This document shows positions 23,876 to 24,000 of a stretch of DNA of 24,000 bases, piece by piece. This DNA is from Acaryochloris marina S15. Lineage in GTDB: Bacteria; Cyanobacteriota; Cyanobacteriia; Thermosynechococcales; Thermosynechococcaceae. A program made the position numbers and the translations under genes. The number at the start of each line of letters is the position of its first letter. Positions within the stretch are counted from its first letter, which is position 1. The notes beneath the pieces are model-generated. The model saw only the letters and a program-made list of their open reading frames with translations. It did no database searches and was not told the origin of the DNA. The DNA is taken from assembly GCF_018336915.1 (NCBI RefSeq), contig NZ_CP064923.1:2529812-2553811 (forward strand). The letters are read 5' to 3'.

Positions 23876-24000
23876 AGAGTAGAGGCTTCTGTATCTAAAC
23901 CTAACCAGACAAATATTATACTCAATCTGTTGATTTGCAAATGAGATCGTTATCTTTCGACTGGATAAATGCAATCGACCCTAGAACGGTGTAAGCAGTG

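Noticed and set aside
23474-23974. The 166-aa ORF taken at face value as an intact gene
   Set aside because: It is a chimera. The first 33 codons precede the real ParA start (MQTPKIIAFANQKGGSGKST), and the last 28 codons are read from the IS6 right end. I annotated it as a truncated parA instead.

Overview
This is a 24-kb cyanobacterial accessory region, probably plasmid-borne, that has been heavily remodelled by insertion sequences. Cyanobacterial origin is supported by five HIP1 octamers (GCGATCGC), an IsiA/CP43'-type antenna gene, a long-chain flavodoxin, a pentapeptide-repeat protein, an RpaB-like regulator and a multi-GAF hybrid kinase. Mobile DNA: there are three near-identical 844-bp IS6-family elements (2711-3554 +, 15245-16088 -, 22715-23558 +). 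None has a matching 8-bp target duplication, and three of the six IS ends cut a gene. An ISKra4-like IS (219-1686) is nested in a tnpB remnant. Cargo block A (3555-15244) holds a 5'-truncated CBS/GAF/PAS hybrid histidine kinase, a PadR plus cytochrome-b6-like membrane protein pair, a small acidic repeat lipoprotein, and an isiA-isiB-(isiC-like hydrolase)-crp iron-stress cluster with palindromic operator candidates. Cargo block B (16089-22714) holds orphan ORFs, a pentapeptide-repeat protein, and the best candidate for an undescribed system. That candidate is a DUF4157 (HExxH) toxin-type protein followed 9 nt later by a divergent polyprenyl-synthase-fold protein and then a 63-aa ORF, with an orphan RpaB-like response regulator upstream. 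The window also contains a 7-copy array of 23-24-bp iteron-like repeats (1783-1948) and a ParA fragment (23559-23875). All functional calls come from motif recognition by eye. No database search or structure prediction was run.
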